Below the pieces are notes generated by a model. The model was not told the DNA's origin, did no database searches, and saw only the letters and a program-made list of their open reading frames with translations. From positions 134,515 to 198,514 of the forward strand of contig NW_027192202.1 of the NCBI RefSeq assembly GCF_041956535.1: 64,000 bases of DNA. Direction: 5' to 3'. Each line of letters starts with the position of its first letter. The stretch's first letter is position 1. This document shows, piece after piece, positions 1-12,026 of the stretch. The position numbers and the translations under genes were made by a program. The DNA is from Calcarisporiella thermophila CBS 279.70. Taxonomy: Eukaryota; Fungi; Calcarisporiellomycota.

Positions 1-3000
1 GGATAAGGGAGGTGTAGGAGCCTGCCCTACCTCTCTCTTTCCAACGTCGAAAAGCCCCGGAGAATACCCTCTGCTGTTCCCATTTACAAACGCATCCAGA
101 GACGACCCATATCCACTGGGCGAAGGCGACATCCAGTACTGCTCCCCCTGATAGCCTGCCCCATGTTGGGGCTGGGATGCCTGGGAGTCGGCGGGTTGTA
201 GTTGTGAGTGTAGATGCTCCTCTAGGGCGGGATTGGCGCCGAGCTCATCCAACACGCGCTTATAGGCCTGCACGTGACCCACCCCCAGTCGCTCCACCAC
301 TCTTTTCAGCAAGCTCGCCGCCGCTGCGCGCCTTTCGGGGTCCAGCAGACCCAGCGCACGGTGTACGATGCCCACGCCGTGCACGGGATCGCTCATGGCC
401 TCGCTCAGCACCCTCTCCTCGAGCAACGTCTCGACCACCTGATCCCGGACGGGGTCGCTCTCCGCCTCCCCAATGAGCTTGGCCACCGTCTGCGAGGCAA
501 GCTTATGCGTGCACAGATAGCCCAAATTTCCCAAGAGCCGCTCCGCGAGCATGCGCCTGCCCGCCCCACCTCCAATGTCGTTCTCCAACACCCAGCTCAA
601 CAGGAGAGTCCCGTTCGGATTCGTCACGAGAGCCAGCCCGGTGCCGATCACCGCGGCAGCCACCTGCTTCTTCTGATCCGGGGTGGTGAACGTGCTCTCC
701 AGGCAGGTGCGCATCGCGCGCGCACCAAAGCGGCCCTGCGCGATTTCCCACGTGCGATCGACCATGGCGTCGAAGGCGTATTGGTTGTGCGCAGGCCCAA
801 ATTTTAGGGTGCACTGCACGACGTAGTTGCCGAACTGGTCAAGGAGCAGGGAGGGGGCATAGGGTTTGAGATGGGTGCTGATCAGAGAAATCTAAAGAAG
901 GGAGGAGGAAAAAAAAAAACATAAGCCCGATCCATGGATGAATACCACCCTTGCTAGTGGGGAAGAGCTGTTCGACTCACCTGCTCGGGGGTGCGTGCAC
1001 ACTCGATGATCTTCTGGGCCGCCCACGTTCCGTTCTTGTGGATCCCTATCATGGCCAGATGCGGCGCAATGCGCTCCAGCATCTTCGTCTTGGTTGCTTC
1101 ACTGCATTTGTCGAAAAGGCGTTGGATCACGGTGTTTCCAATGTAGTCGCTGCACAACTCCACGATCTCGGGGAGGCACTCGTTCGCCATGTCCTCGACT
1201 TCGGGGGGCGAGCACACCGCGCTGTCGAGCCGCTTGCGCATCTCCTTCAGACGGGTCACATCGACGCGTCGGGACAAGCTCTCGGGTGGCACGGAGGGGA
1301 TGCTCGTCTTGTACTCATAGGCGCCGATGTCGCACGCCTCCTCCCCGGTCGTGGCCTCGGCCCCACCCAACTCCCGCAGTAGCTGGGTGTACTCGCGCGA
1401 GCGTCCCTCGGCGTTCATGCTGCTCAGCGCGGCCACGTTGGCTTGGTACGCCCCTATTCCGCCCCAGCGCTTCTTCTCCTCCTCCACCGAGCTCGAGGGC
1501 AGGACGGAGGGCGACGGCGGCTCCTTTGCGAAACCAATTCTAAGCACCGCGCCGCTGACCCCGAACAGGTCTTTGCCCATGACGCTCCGCCTGGCGAGCA
1601 CCGCGTCCTCCGTCCGCGTGAAGTTCACAAACCCGCAGTTCTTGTGCGTCAGCACTCTCGCGCTCTCCACCTGGCCGAAGGCGGAAAACACGGCGCTGAG
1701 GTTTTCGGGCGTGGTGTTGGCGGGGATGTTCCCGATCCACAGGGCTCGGGTCGGCTGCTCCGTCACGGGGTCCGACTTGCCGAAGCCCAGCCGGACCACG
1801 CACTGCCCAATCCGCCCGCCCATCCGATGCAGGATCTCGTCGCGCGCGCTGATGGCATCCTCCACCGTGGCAAAGTGCACGAAGCCGCACTCTTTGTCGG
1901 GGAGAAGCTTCACGCTCTCGACGGGCCCCAGGCCGGAGAAGATCTGGCGGAGGTCGGCGGTGCTCAGGGTGGGGTCCAGGTTCCCGACGAAGAGGGTGCG
2001 GGAGGGGGTCTGCGACATGGAGTTGCCCGTCGAGGCCGCCGCGGCGTTGTTCAGCGGGTAGGCCTCGAAGGGGGAGGGCGCGCGCTGGATGTAGGGCGAG
2101 CTCACCTCAGCCATAGGGCCCGCGCGGCTGGGCTGGGGGTATTTGGGGTAGGGCTGGTGCTTGCCCTCCACCACCCCGCTCACCAACAGGCCCAGCAGCT
2201 CGTTTCCGCCCATGCCGTTTTCCACGGCCTGCATGCCGTACTCGCCGCCAGAGGGGGGCGACAAGTCCCCGCCGGAGGAGGGCGACGCGTCCACGTAGGA
2301 CAGATCGGGGGGGTTGGGCGAGTCGAGGATGCCCACCGAGATGGCCCTGGGGCGTAGCAAGTGGTGCAGGCGACTCATGACCGAGGGCACTTGCGAGTGC
2401 AGGTGGGCGGCCGAGTCGTCGTCCTCCACCGCCTCGCACTCTGCCGCGGCCGCCTCGCGGTAGTACTCGTCCTCGTAGCGGTTGGTGGCCGAGGTGGAGA
2501 GCGAGCGCAGGCGGTGGGCCATCTTGATGCGCAGGAGCGGGTTGTGTGTTTCCTGGGGGGGCATGGCGGTGGGGCTGGCCAAGGCCTGCCCGCCGACAAA
2601 GGAATATTCCGCCTGGCCGGCGTCCACCTTCCCGGCTCGGGGGCTGAGGGGGTCCTCCAGGCCCAGGATGTTCAGAGTGCGCGCGATGGAGTTGGCGCTC
2701 TCCTCGGTCAGCTCGCCGCCGGGGGTGGTCGGGGTAAGGGTGCTGGGCTCACGCTCGGACCAGGCGAAGATGGATGGTCCAAACGCCTTCGAGATGGTCG
2801 CACTGGGGAGGGTCAAGGATCCGGAGCGGAAGCGCGTGGAAATGGAGAGGGGAGAGGGTTTGCGTGCAATGGAGGATGCATGCGGCACGGGCAGAGATGG
2901 CGTCGGCTGCTGCTGTTGCTGTTGTTGCGGGTGGTGGTGGGGGATGACCACGGGGATGGAGGTTCGCGATGGCATGGTGTCAGCACGAGGGCGACGCAGG

Positions 3001-3194
3001 CCGGAGAGCGCGGGAGACACGTAGGGCTCCGCTGCGAAGCTGGGGCTGGCAGGGGTGCCATTGGTGGAGGCAGAGTTCTCGACGGATCGCCGAAGCAGAT
3101 CTAGATGCGACACGTGAGCTGACGGCAAGAGGGGAGAGATTAGAGGCTCTGGCGGAAAACCAGGGGAAATCGCGGTTAGCTTACCCCCATTCAT
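1..3194 (-). CDS. Puf1/Puf2 (Jsn1)-like RNA-binding protein with 2 RRMs + Pumilio repeats; 3' end runs off the window
   Basis: Two RRMs (TLFVGNL..CGFVHF; ALWIGNI..CGFVNF) followed by PUF repeats (DYIGNTVIQRL, HKNGTWAAQK). After a GT-AG intron (892-980) the frame continues LDQFGNYVVQC...HKLASQTV...YKRVLDEL and stays open to position 1. Confidence 0.85.
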
Positions 3195-4739
3195 GATGTC
3201 ATGCAGCGGTACACCTTGGCAGAAAGGATAACAGCACGGACTGATGACAAATTAGCGAGGGCGAGGGAGAGGATTATCAACACAGTGAGGAGGGGGCGAT
3301 TGGCTTTTGATTGGCAAGGAACAGGAGGGGCGGCAGAGATGAGGGCTTAAGGGAAATGGGGAGAGGGATATCGCAAGAAGTAGGGACAGGGCAACAGGAA
3401 TCAATAAAAAAGGAAATAAAAGATGGACTAGATTATTATTTGGAACCCACGGCTCTAAAAAAGACCAGACACAACTTCTGACAAAGGCTCCACTTTCCGA
3501 TAGGCCATACAGGGCGCTTCTTCCAGCGGGGGGGTTTCGTTGCGAAGGCGTCGAATCAACCGGATGATGGCGGATAGCAGAATCGGCGCACGCGCGTTCA
3601 ATCACGCTGAAGACGGAGAAAGATGGAAGCAGGCGGAAAGCGGGGGAGCAACAAGCAATACCAGTCTGGAATAAGGAAAGGGATAATTGGGAAATTCGGA
3701 CGGGTCGCCAAGAGGGAAAAAAAATAAACGGAAATTAAAATTCGTCCTCGCAAACCAGCTTTCGTTTCAGCTGCTGCATCCTCGCCTCCCTGCCCTTGGG
3801 CCGGCGTGGCCGCAGCGAGGATCCCGGGCTCGCGCGTGAGCGACCTCTTCTGGCTGCGTGCGGGCTTGCTGCAATTGCGCGCCCTCCGAGCTCTACTGGC
3901 CGCGGCCTCCCCAGAGCGTGCCCCTCGGCCTTTCCCTCCCCAGGCTGACGCTCAGCCTCTGGTTCCGGCGGAGGGTGTGGGCCAGAGTGCTTTTGCGCTT
4001 CGGGCCGGGCCATTCTCACGGGCGAAGCTGCACTGCGCGAGATTCCGCAGCAGACGTCCGGCCATGCAAGCGCCATTACAGTGCGCCAGATGGCTCCTTG
4101 GAAAACAGAAAACAGCGATTCGTGGAAGGCCGCATCCACAACCACACACGCAATCGCATACGCATGCGCATCTCCTCCACCTATATACCCCCCCCCCTGG
4201 GTTGACATTATCAGCGAGCACCGCTGGATATGGGAAATTCTCATGTCGATGGAATCGTGGTTACAAATCGATTCATCCCCAGGCTGGGCCCGTCCAATGG
4301 TGCGATCTGGCTGGATGATTCGCTGCATTCCTTTTATGCACCGTCGGCCAGAAATCTCGGATCCCCTAGGTTCCAAACCACTGCTTTGGGGTGCCCCTAT
4401 ATGCGTGTTACCTAATGCAGGCTGGCAGAAACCGGCCCTCAACAAAAATGCTTATCCATATGCGATGCCCTCTCCCGTAGGCCAAAAAGTATATATACAT
4501 AAATTCATATTCGATTTTCCTAATGGGCATGGATCCTAGTGCCCATCCTTCTTATCCTCTCCAGCTTTCTCTCTAGGCGAGAACATAAATCACGAGTGTA
4601 AGTGGACCCCCCTCCATCTGCCTTTTCTTTTCGCCCGATCCAGCCGAGCTGCGGGCCTCTCCTCCTCGATTCCTTCGAATTCATAATCCTTTCCATTAGC
4701 AAGTAAGAATCCCTGAATAGCAACTGACATTTTTGAGAT

Positions 4740-6127
4740 ATGACCATGGAGGGCATGGGATTGCCGCGACGTGTGGACACCAAATCGCCAGGCGATCCAC
4801 AATCTACCCCTTCTCACGCTTTCCCCCCTTCCCACGCACCGCCCGCCCCCGAGAATGCAGAGGGCACGATGCGCGAACGCAAACACGTCCTACGATTCGA
4901 GGCGCCATGGCCCATTCATGGATTAGACTGGAGTCAGAGGCCCGGTGAGAGGGGCGGATGGCGACTTGCAATCGGTAGTCTGATCGAGGAACATGTGAAT
5001 AAGGTAGAATGCAGTATTGCATTTATGTGTATGCTTTTCTAACGCGAGTATCTTGCACGGGGGGGCGGACGGACTCCAGATCCAAATTGTGACGCTCCCT
5101 GAATTCACCGCGTCAAGAGACGACGCCCACGTTGATCTAGCGGTGCTCTCCGAGGTAGACCATGGCTATCCGGTCACGAAAATAGCCTGGGAGCCGTGGA
5201 AAGTAAAGACGCATTGCTAGGCGCCCCATATTTCCTTGCTTCATCTGGCTGACCTGTGTGTTCGTCTTGTATTAGGGTGGAGGTAGCTCCACGGATCTCC
5301 TGGCCACCACGGCCGAGGTGGTCCGCATCTGGGAACTCCCAATCTCCGGCGACGGAGAACTTACCCTGCGCACCTCTCTGTGCAATACCAAGTCCGAGTT
5401 CTCGGCCCCGCTTACGTCCATCGACTGGTGCGACGTGGACCCCTCTCTCCTGATCACCAGCAGCATCGACACCACCTGCACCCTCTGGAACGTCGAAACC
5501 GGCCAGTCGACCACGCAGCTTGTGGCGCATGATAAAGAGGTCTACGACGTGGGCTTTATGCCGGGGAGCAGAGACGTCTTCGCAAGCGTGGGCGCGGACG
5601 GCACCGCGCGGCTCTTCGATCTAAGGGCCCTCGAGAGATCGACCATCGTCTACTCGTCGCCCTTCGCCCCCGCCAATGCCAGCGCCCTGCCCGTGATTCC
5701 AGGCGTCTCGCTGCTCCGACTGCAGTTCAACCGCGTGGAGGCCAACATGCTCGCCACCCTACATGTGGCCACCAACATCGTCCATGTGCTTGACGTGCGG
5801 CGGCCAGGTCAGCCTTTGATTGAGCTCCGTGGCCACTCCAGTCCCGTGAACACAATCGGGTGGGCGCCTCACCTGCGCAACCTGCTGGTTTCCGGGGGGG
5901 ATGATTCCCAGGTGCTCGTCTGGGATCTCGAAGACAATCAGCACAGCAACCATCCTTCCGAGAATGTGATGCTAGGGGCCCCCCCTCCTACCGCGCACAA
6001 GGTGATCAGCCACCCGATCCTGGCCTACACTGCGGAGGCGGAGGTGGATCAGCTCTGTTGGAGCAAAGTGCTTGCGGATCGCATGTGTATTAGTTTTGGT
6101 CGGCATTTGCAGGTTTTAAAAATCTAG
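4740..6127 (+). CDS. DCAF7/WDR68 (AN11/YPL247C-like) WD40 protein; 5' end uncertain
   Basis: Spliced exons read APWPIHGLDW..LAIGS, HGYPVTKIAWEP, DLLATT..VRIW, SEFSAPLTSIDW, SSIDTTCTLW, QLVAHDKEVYDV, FASVGADG, LRGH..VN.IGWAP, which are characteristic DCAF7 motifs. Introns at about 5004-5079 and 5203-5276. Confidence 0.85.
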
Positions 6128-7017
6128 CCCTTTATTATTATGTTGGTATGTGTTTCAACAGATGCCTTTTTTCCCTCCCCTTCTCCCCTAGCAACTCTGA
6201 CTTCGATAAAGGACGCTTTACCCCCCCCCCCTTCTTTTTATTTCTCCTCTTTTTTATGTCTTCCTCTATTGCTTTTTATTTTCGTCGTTTCTCTATTATA
6301 TATTTCTACTTTCTCTTTGTTGATTGATATTTGCTAATCCTCTTATTTGTGTAGTTCTTCGACTGGTCCTTACACTCCCCTCCTACCCCCTCTTTCTTTC
6401 TTTGGATCAGCCTATTTCAAACTTGTAGTCTTTTCTATTTTTATCTAGCTTTATTTTTTATTTTTCTCTTAGAGCGGTATGGTTATAAAAAGATGGCAGC
6501 TAAGACTGGACATTCTTTCCACTTGAGCCCCTTGTCCCCAAAGCTGTGAGATTGAGTTTAGGCTTGGTGAAACGGGATAAAAAACGAGGCCATGGCTCCA
6601 CACTCAGCTTAGCTTTCTATACCGTTTCCGTATGCTTTGTTAGAGACGAGTTGGGAAACTCGTGGTAGCCTTCTCCATCCAAATGAGTAGAACTTCGAGT
6701 GGGGGAGGAGGGGGGGGGGGGCACGAACCAGGCTATGGATGGGAAGCCTCTCTTGGATTGGTCTAGCGGGAATGGTAAATCCGGAAAAGGGGGGAGGAGG
6801 TAAAGCATTCGGAGTGAGGACAGAGTGTACGACATGGTGGGCTTGCTTTATATTTAGATGGAAGGCTTTATTCGGAGCGATTTAATTAAACTAGTAGTAG
6901 AAATCAAAGGGAGATGCATATGCATATATCACTGAAAATCAATTCCAATAGCAAAATAATAAATAAACAGCAAATAAATAGAGTATAAATTAACCCCCCC
7001 CCCCCCCCCAAGGGTGC

Positions 7018-9087
7018 CTAGAGAACAAGTCGGCCCAGCTTTCTCCACCTTCTCTTCCAACCTCCCGCCTCCGGCTCCTCGTGCTTTTCCAGTTCATTCT
7101 GCTCCTCGGCCGCCTGCAATTCCTGATCCTTCGCCAGCTCTCGTTTCCCGGCGTCCAAGTCGATCTCCTCCAGGGGAATGATCCGACTTCGCAACACCAA
7201 CTGGCACACCCCCCATAGGAGCAGGAAGAAGATGGGCCCGGTGTACAAGAGGAAGAACTTCAGGGGCTGAACGGGGGGCAAAAAGGCGGAGTAGCCCTGC
7301 CCGAAGATGATCAAGACGCACAGGCCTAGGGAGTAGAGGTTGCCGTACGGGAACAACGGTCCCCGGAAGGGCAGGTCGTCCAGGCTACGGCCCTGTCGTT
7401 CGAACGCCCGGCGGAAGCGGTAGTGCGCCCACGAGATCCCAGTCCATGTGACAAATCCGGCGAGCCCAGCCGTGTTCATGAGGAACGTGAACACGGTCTC
7501 CACCGGCAGGAAGGATGTGAGGAAGGCAATGAAGCCGAAGAGGGTGGAGCAGCAGAGCGCCGCCACCGGCACCCCGCGTTTGTCGATCCATCCGCACCAT
7601 TTCGGGGCAACCCCTTCCTTCGAGAGGGCGGTGAGGGTGCGGGCCGCCACGTAGAGGCAGGAGTTTCCGCACGAAAAGATGGTGATGAGGATCACCGCGT
7701 TCACCACCGACGCAACCCCCGATATCCCGGCCTTGACGAACACCAGTGTGAAGGGGGAGACCGTTGCGTCGCGTTGGTGCCCCAGCTTGTCGAGGAGGCG
7801 CGGGTCGTTGGCAGGGATCAGGAGCCCAATGATGAAGATACAGAGGATGTAGAAAATGAGAATGCGGTAGAACACCTGTTTGACTGCAAGTGGCACGTCT
7901 CTACGTGGGTTGCGGGACTCTGCTGCGGTGACGCCTACAATCTCGCTGCCCTGCATCGTGAGGCCAGCTGAGGACAACATCGGGTTAGAGGCGGTGGAAT
8001 GAAAGCAATAAAATCAAGGGCATCCACTAACCAATGACCAGCACGTCAATGATCCCGAGAATTGGGTTCGCTCCAAATGCCCCTAAAATAGATCAAGATC
8101 GGTCAATGCCTCGTTCCGCTAACATCCTTGCGACATTGCAGCCCAACTCCCTACCTGGATCGCTCCAATACTTGAACCCCACCACCTCGCCTCCAATCAC
8201 CCCTCCATCCGTGAGGACACCCACAATGATGAATACAATACAGGTCAACACTTTCACCAATGAGAAGATGTACTCTGCTTCGCCATAGATCCGAGCCCCG
8301 AACATGTTGAGGGCAAAGATGATGACGAGGGTGATCGCAGACCAGGCCCAGCTAGGCACCACTTTGGTCCAGAATGACATGATGATGGGGACGGCGGTCA
8401 ACTCAATGGCGAGAATGGTGGACCAGGAGACCCAATAGTTCCAGCCAATGGCGGCGCCGAAGGATCGATCACTACAACATATCCGAGGGCGATGTGAACA
8501 AAGGAAGCGTCTTAATAAACGGCTTGGCAAGCCATTCTACTTACACGAATCGAGAGCAATAGGAGGTGAACGCCCCTGGGACTGGTATATAGGTGGCGAG
8601 CTCCCCAAGGGACATGGTCACAAAGTAAACGAAAGAGCCAACTAAAGCCACAGAGCGCATCAATGTTACTTTCTCTCCTCCTCCTCCTCCTTCATCAGAA
8701 TAGGCAACCCTCTACTAACCTATCACATAGGAAATAAGCGCCCCAGCAGGCCCAGCAATCGCCACCGTTGCTCCTGAAGAAAGAAATAGGCCCTGTCCTA
8801 TAACGCCCCCAATTGAAATCATCTATGATGGTAAAAAAGAGGCCATTGAATTGACTTTCAACCCATTGGAAATGGAGAAAGGCCGGACATCCCGCCTATT
8901 CCACCCACAAAAGAGACCACCGGCAAGTTCAGCAGCCACTATGCCCTATTACCTGGAGATGTCTCGAATGTAATGTCCGCTTGTAGCCATTTTGACTCTC
9001 CACGCTCTGGTCGCCACCAGCGTCTTTGCCGTGCTCTTCGGGAACGACGACCACCGCCACCTCGAAATCCGGACTCTTCGATGCCAT
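7018..9087 (-). CDS. APC-superfamily amino-acid permease (YAT family)
   Basis: Multi-exon. Motifs [10 protein letters not shown]|[72 protein letters not shown]; many hydrophobic segments. Confidence 0.92.
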
Positions 9088-9373
9088 GATAGAAGAGGCC
9101 TTTGGCTATATCTAGTGCCGAGAAATGCAGAGAACCCAAATGTCAGTGTGCCTCGGGCGACGGAATGAAGGAGGGGATCAATGAATGGCAGCCAACAACA
9201 ACCGATTTCATTATATCCATCCGGAAATTGAATTTATACCCTGACTCACAGGGTTCAGCCAACGAGGGGCCAGTCCGATGGGCTCATTTGATATTAAAAT
9301 TTCCGAGCGCCCAAAAAGTTTAAGTTATTAACGGTTTTATTACTCCACTTGAATGCTCGAAACTTAAAATTCC

Positions 9374-11895
9374 TCATGAGAGCACCATCATATCGTCGAT
9401 GTCGCCAAGATCCACCTCTTCTCCCTGCTCTCCCTCCCCCCCCGCTGTCCCCTCGACCCCCCCCACGCCAGGCTTCTCGCCCTCCACGTCGCCGGCCCCG
9501 CTGGGCTCGCCGCTGCCCATGCTCTGGCTCAAATCGCCTAGTCGCCGTATCAGCCATCTCAGCATGATCGGGACGTGGCCGCACGCTCTCAGGACTCGGG
9601 TTAGCTTCTCGGCCAGCGTCTGGTCTTCAATTCCGCTCACGTTCACCGTTGGCTCCCCGCCTTCAATGATGATGTTGAGGGTGACGGGCATGTCCAATAA
9701 CAGGGTCAGGGAGAGGTGGCGCGGCGGGTCGGGGGTCTGAATGTCGATGGAGATGGTCGGTGTGTTCGACTCCTCTAATTAGGAAAATTAGTGGCTATTA
9801 GCACCAACGAAGCAATCCTGATCAAGGGAGGGGAGTATCGGTAAGGGATAGCGTACCTTCTTCTTTTAGGGCATTATCGAAACAGCTTTTGAACAGCCAA
9901 TTAAAAGCGAGCTGGTTCCTTAAGAGTCGCATCGCTCCGAACAGCTTCGCCGGGTGTTCCACAGGGATCCTTGTCAACATCTTGGTATTGCACAAGGTGC
10001 CGGCAAACGTGTATTTCTGGACGATGGGCGTGTCCGGAAAAGCGATAGTCCAGCGGTGTTTCGCATCCATAAGCCCGCTCGTCAACTCACTTAATGAAAC
10101 GCGATTACCGTTGAGAGCAAGGGCCTCTTGGAGAGACAATGAGCCAAAATCAGCGAGATAATCGGTCGGCATTTTGGCTGGAGTCCAATCTATTGAAAGA
10201 CAGCGGGTTGGGACTAAATTGTTCTGCATTTTTAAATGGAATAAGCATTACCTTCTGACATCATTCCCATAAGGCCTCCAATTTCCGCTGCAACCCCATC
10301 CGTAACAAGCACGGGGGGATCCAAGATAACGACCACCTTGGCCGGTACTTGCAACGGTGCCTCTGCCGTGGGGGTCACAAATCGTAGTGGTTCCACAAAG
10401 CTTGGCGAAACGGTCTCCGTCACAATCTCGAGGTGCTGTCTAATAAACCAAGATCGTTTAGCACCGTTGCATTTAATTACGAATTGTTATTGTTGCTATT
10501 CTCATATTACGTACCCTGTTTCACCAGCTTTGATGCTTTCCTCCGTTTCGTCGTCTCCCACCAAAAAATGCCGGTTAGCGGGGAGGGTTGGCTCCGCCTT
10601 GACCGCCTCTTCTACACTGAAACATAGCCGGCTCATCTTTTCCAACCCCAATTCTTTATATTTCCCGCCCTCCACATTCTTCTTTACCGTCTCCCAGTCA
10701 GCCATCACCAACGTCTCTTGTGGTGCCCAATAGGCGATACAAGGGCCAGGCTGTCTAAAGTGCATTAGAGGAATGCCATGCCCAGAGAGCAGAACTCGGC
10801 TCAAATCCTCAGCCGCGGCTGAGCACTCCTTGGTATAGATCGAGGAAAAGTCTGCGGAGAGATTCTTCATGATGAGGAAGAAGTCTGTGGAATTGACGCT
10901 TGTCAAACGATCTAATACAGCCAGATGGCCGAGATTTCGCTTGAATGTCTCTAAATCCAATGCTCTGCAAGCAATTAAAATAAAAAAGATAAACATAAAT
11001 GCGTGCTACAGTTGGGAGGGGGAATGCAGCAAAATAGGCGAACATATATATACTTCAAATTCTCCAAGAGTAATTCGTCTACTCTTGCATCCTGATGGAT
11101 TTCCGAGGCAAAGGATACCTTAACTTTCATCACCGTTCCCATGCTATCAATGTCAATCTAATATTAGATGAGCGCGTTTGCGTTAGTCCAAAAGGAACCC
11201 ATGCTGTCCATCTGAACATTCAATTTACATCAACGACAATGATTTCTCCACCAATAGTCAGCGCTGTGACGGGTAATGAGATGTCAGGCCGGTCTACTGT
11301 TTCTATATAACTCATAAGTCTATATTCGATAGATAGGCGAGATTAATATCAAGCAACGTAAAGCCCGTCAAGGTATTCAATGCACCCCAGATCTTTCGCA
11401 ATGCCTTCCAATCGCTTTACTATTTCCCGCCCTTTTACTTCGATTCCGGATCGCGTCGCAATCATTTCCTTGCACATTTGTAGTTGCTTTTCCATTTCTC
11501 CAAGCGCTGCACGCAGATTCGACCCCTCCTTTAAAATGACGGAGAACTTGCGTTGGTCTTGCTGAGAAATCTCAGGTGTCGCGTAAGTTTCTAGGAATTC
11601 ATTGCAGGCTGTACGAATCTGGGCGAGACTTGTGAGGAGATGGTGACGGAGGGGTGCAGGATTTAGAGGACCGAGGGGATGCACGTCTAATGGGAGGAAT
11701 GAACAACGGGTCAAAGATGAAAACGGGATTCGCGCAGCTAAGCAATAATGACTTACGGTTTGGGGGGATAGAAGTAGTCGAGAGCGTGTCGTCAGAAAAG
11801 GGTGCGAGCTGCCATTGTTTACATGCATCTTCTAGTTGATACCGCGCTTTAGCCAGAAGAGACTGGATGTTGGGTGGCGACTGCGAGTCCCGCAT
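9374..11895 (-). CDS. MED1: Mediator complex subunit Med1-like
   Basis: Multi-exon. Segments LTIGGEIIVVDV, FKRNLGHLAVLDRL, GHGIPLMH..PGPCIAYW, IPVEHPAKL..AMRLLRNQLAFNWLFKSCF and LTRVLRAC..VPIMLRWL match recalled fungal Med1 features. Confidence 0.65.
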
Positions 11896-12026
11896 TATTC
11901 ATAAGTCAGCTACGACTTTTCACGGGCAAAAAGCGATAACGCGAAAATTAAAAACTACAAAGGCCGTCACATCATAAATATGGAGACAAGCCACTCCACC
12001 TCTTTGTCCCTGACTCATTCAGAATA

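Noticed and set aside
177-3196. Numerous + strand ORFs over the PUF gene (and similar antisense ORFs over other genes)
   Set aside because: Shadow ORFs caused by GC-rich codon usage of the real gene on the opposite strand; no domains.
3252-4539. ORFs in the PUF/DCAF7 divergent spacer
   Set aside because: Overlapping low-information ORFs in GC-rich promoter/UTR sequence; at most unresolved 5' exons.
6617-7010. 72-aa ORF and poly-G/poly-C tracts between DCAF7 and the permease
   Set aside because: Homopolymer tracts are common in this GC-rich part; the ORF lacks supporting features.
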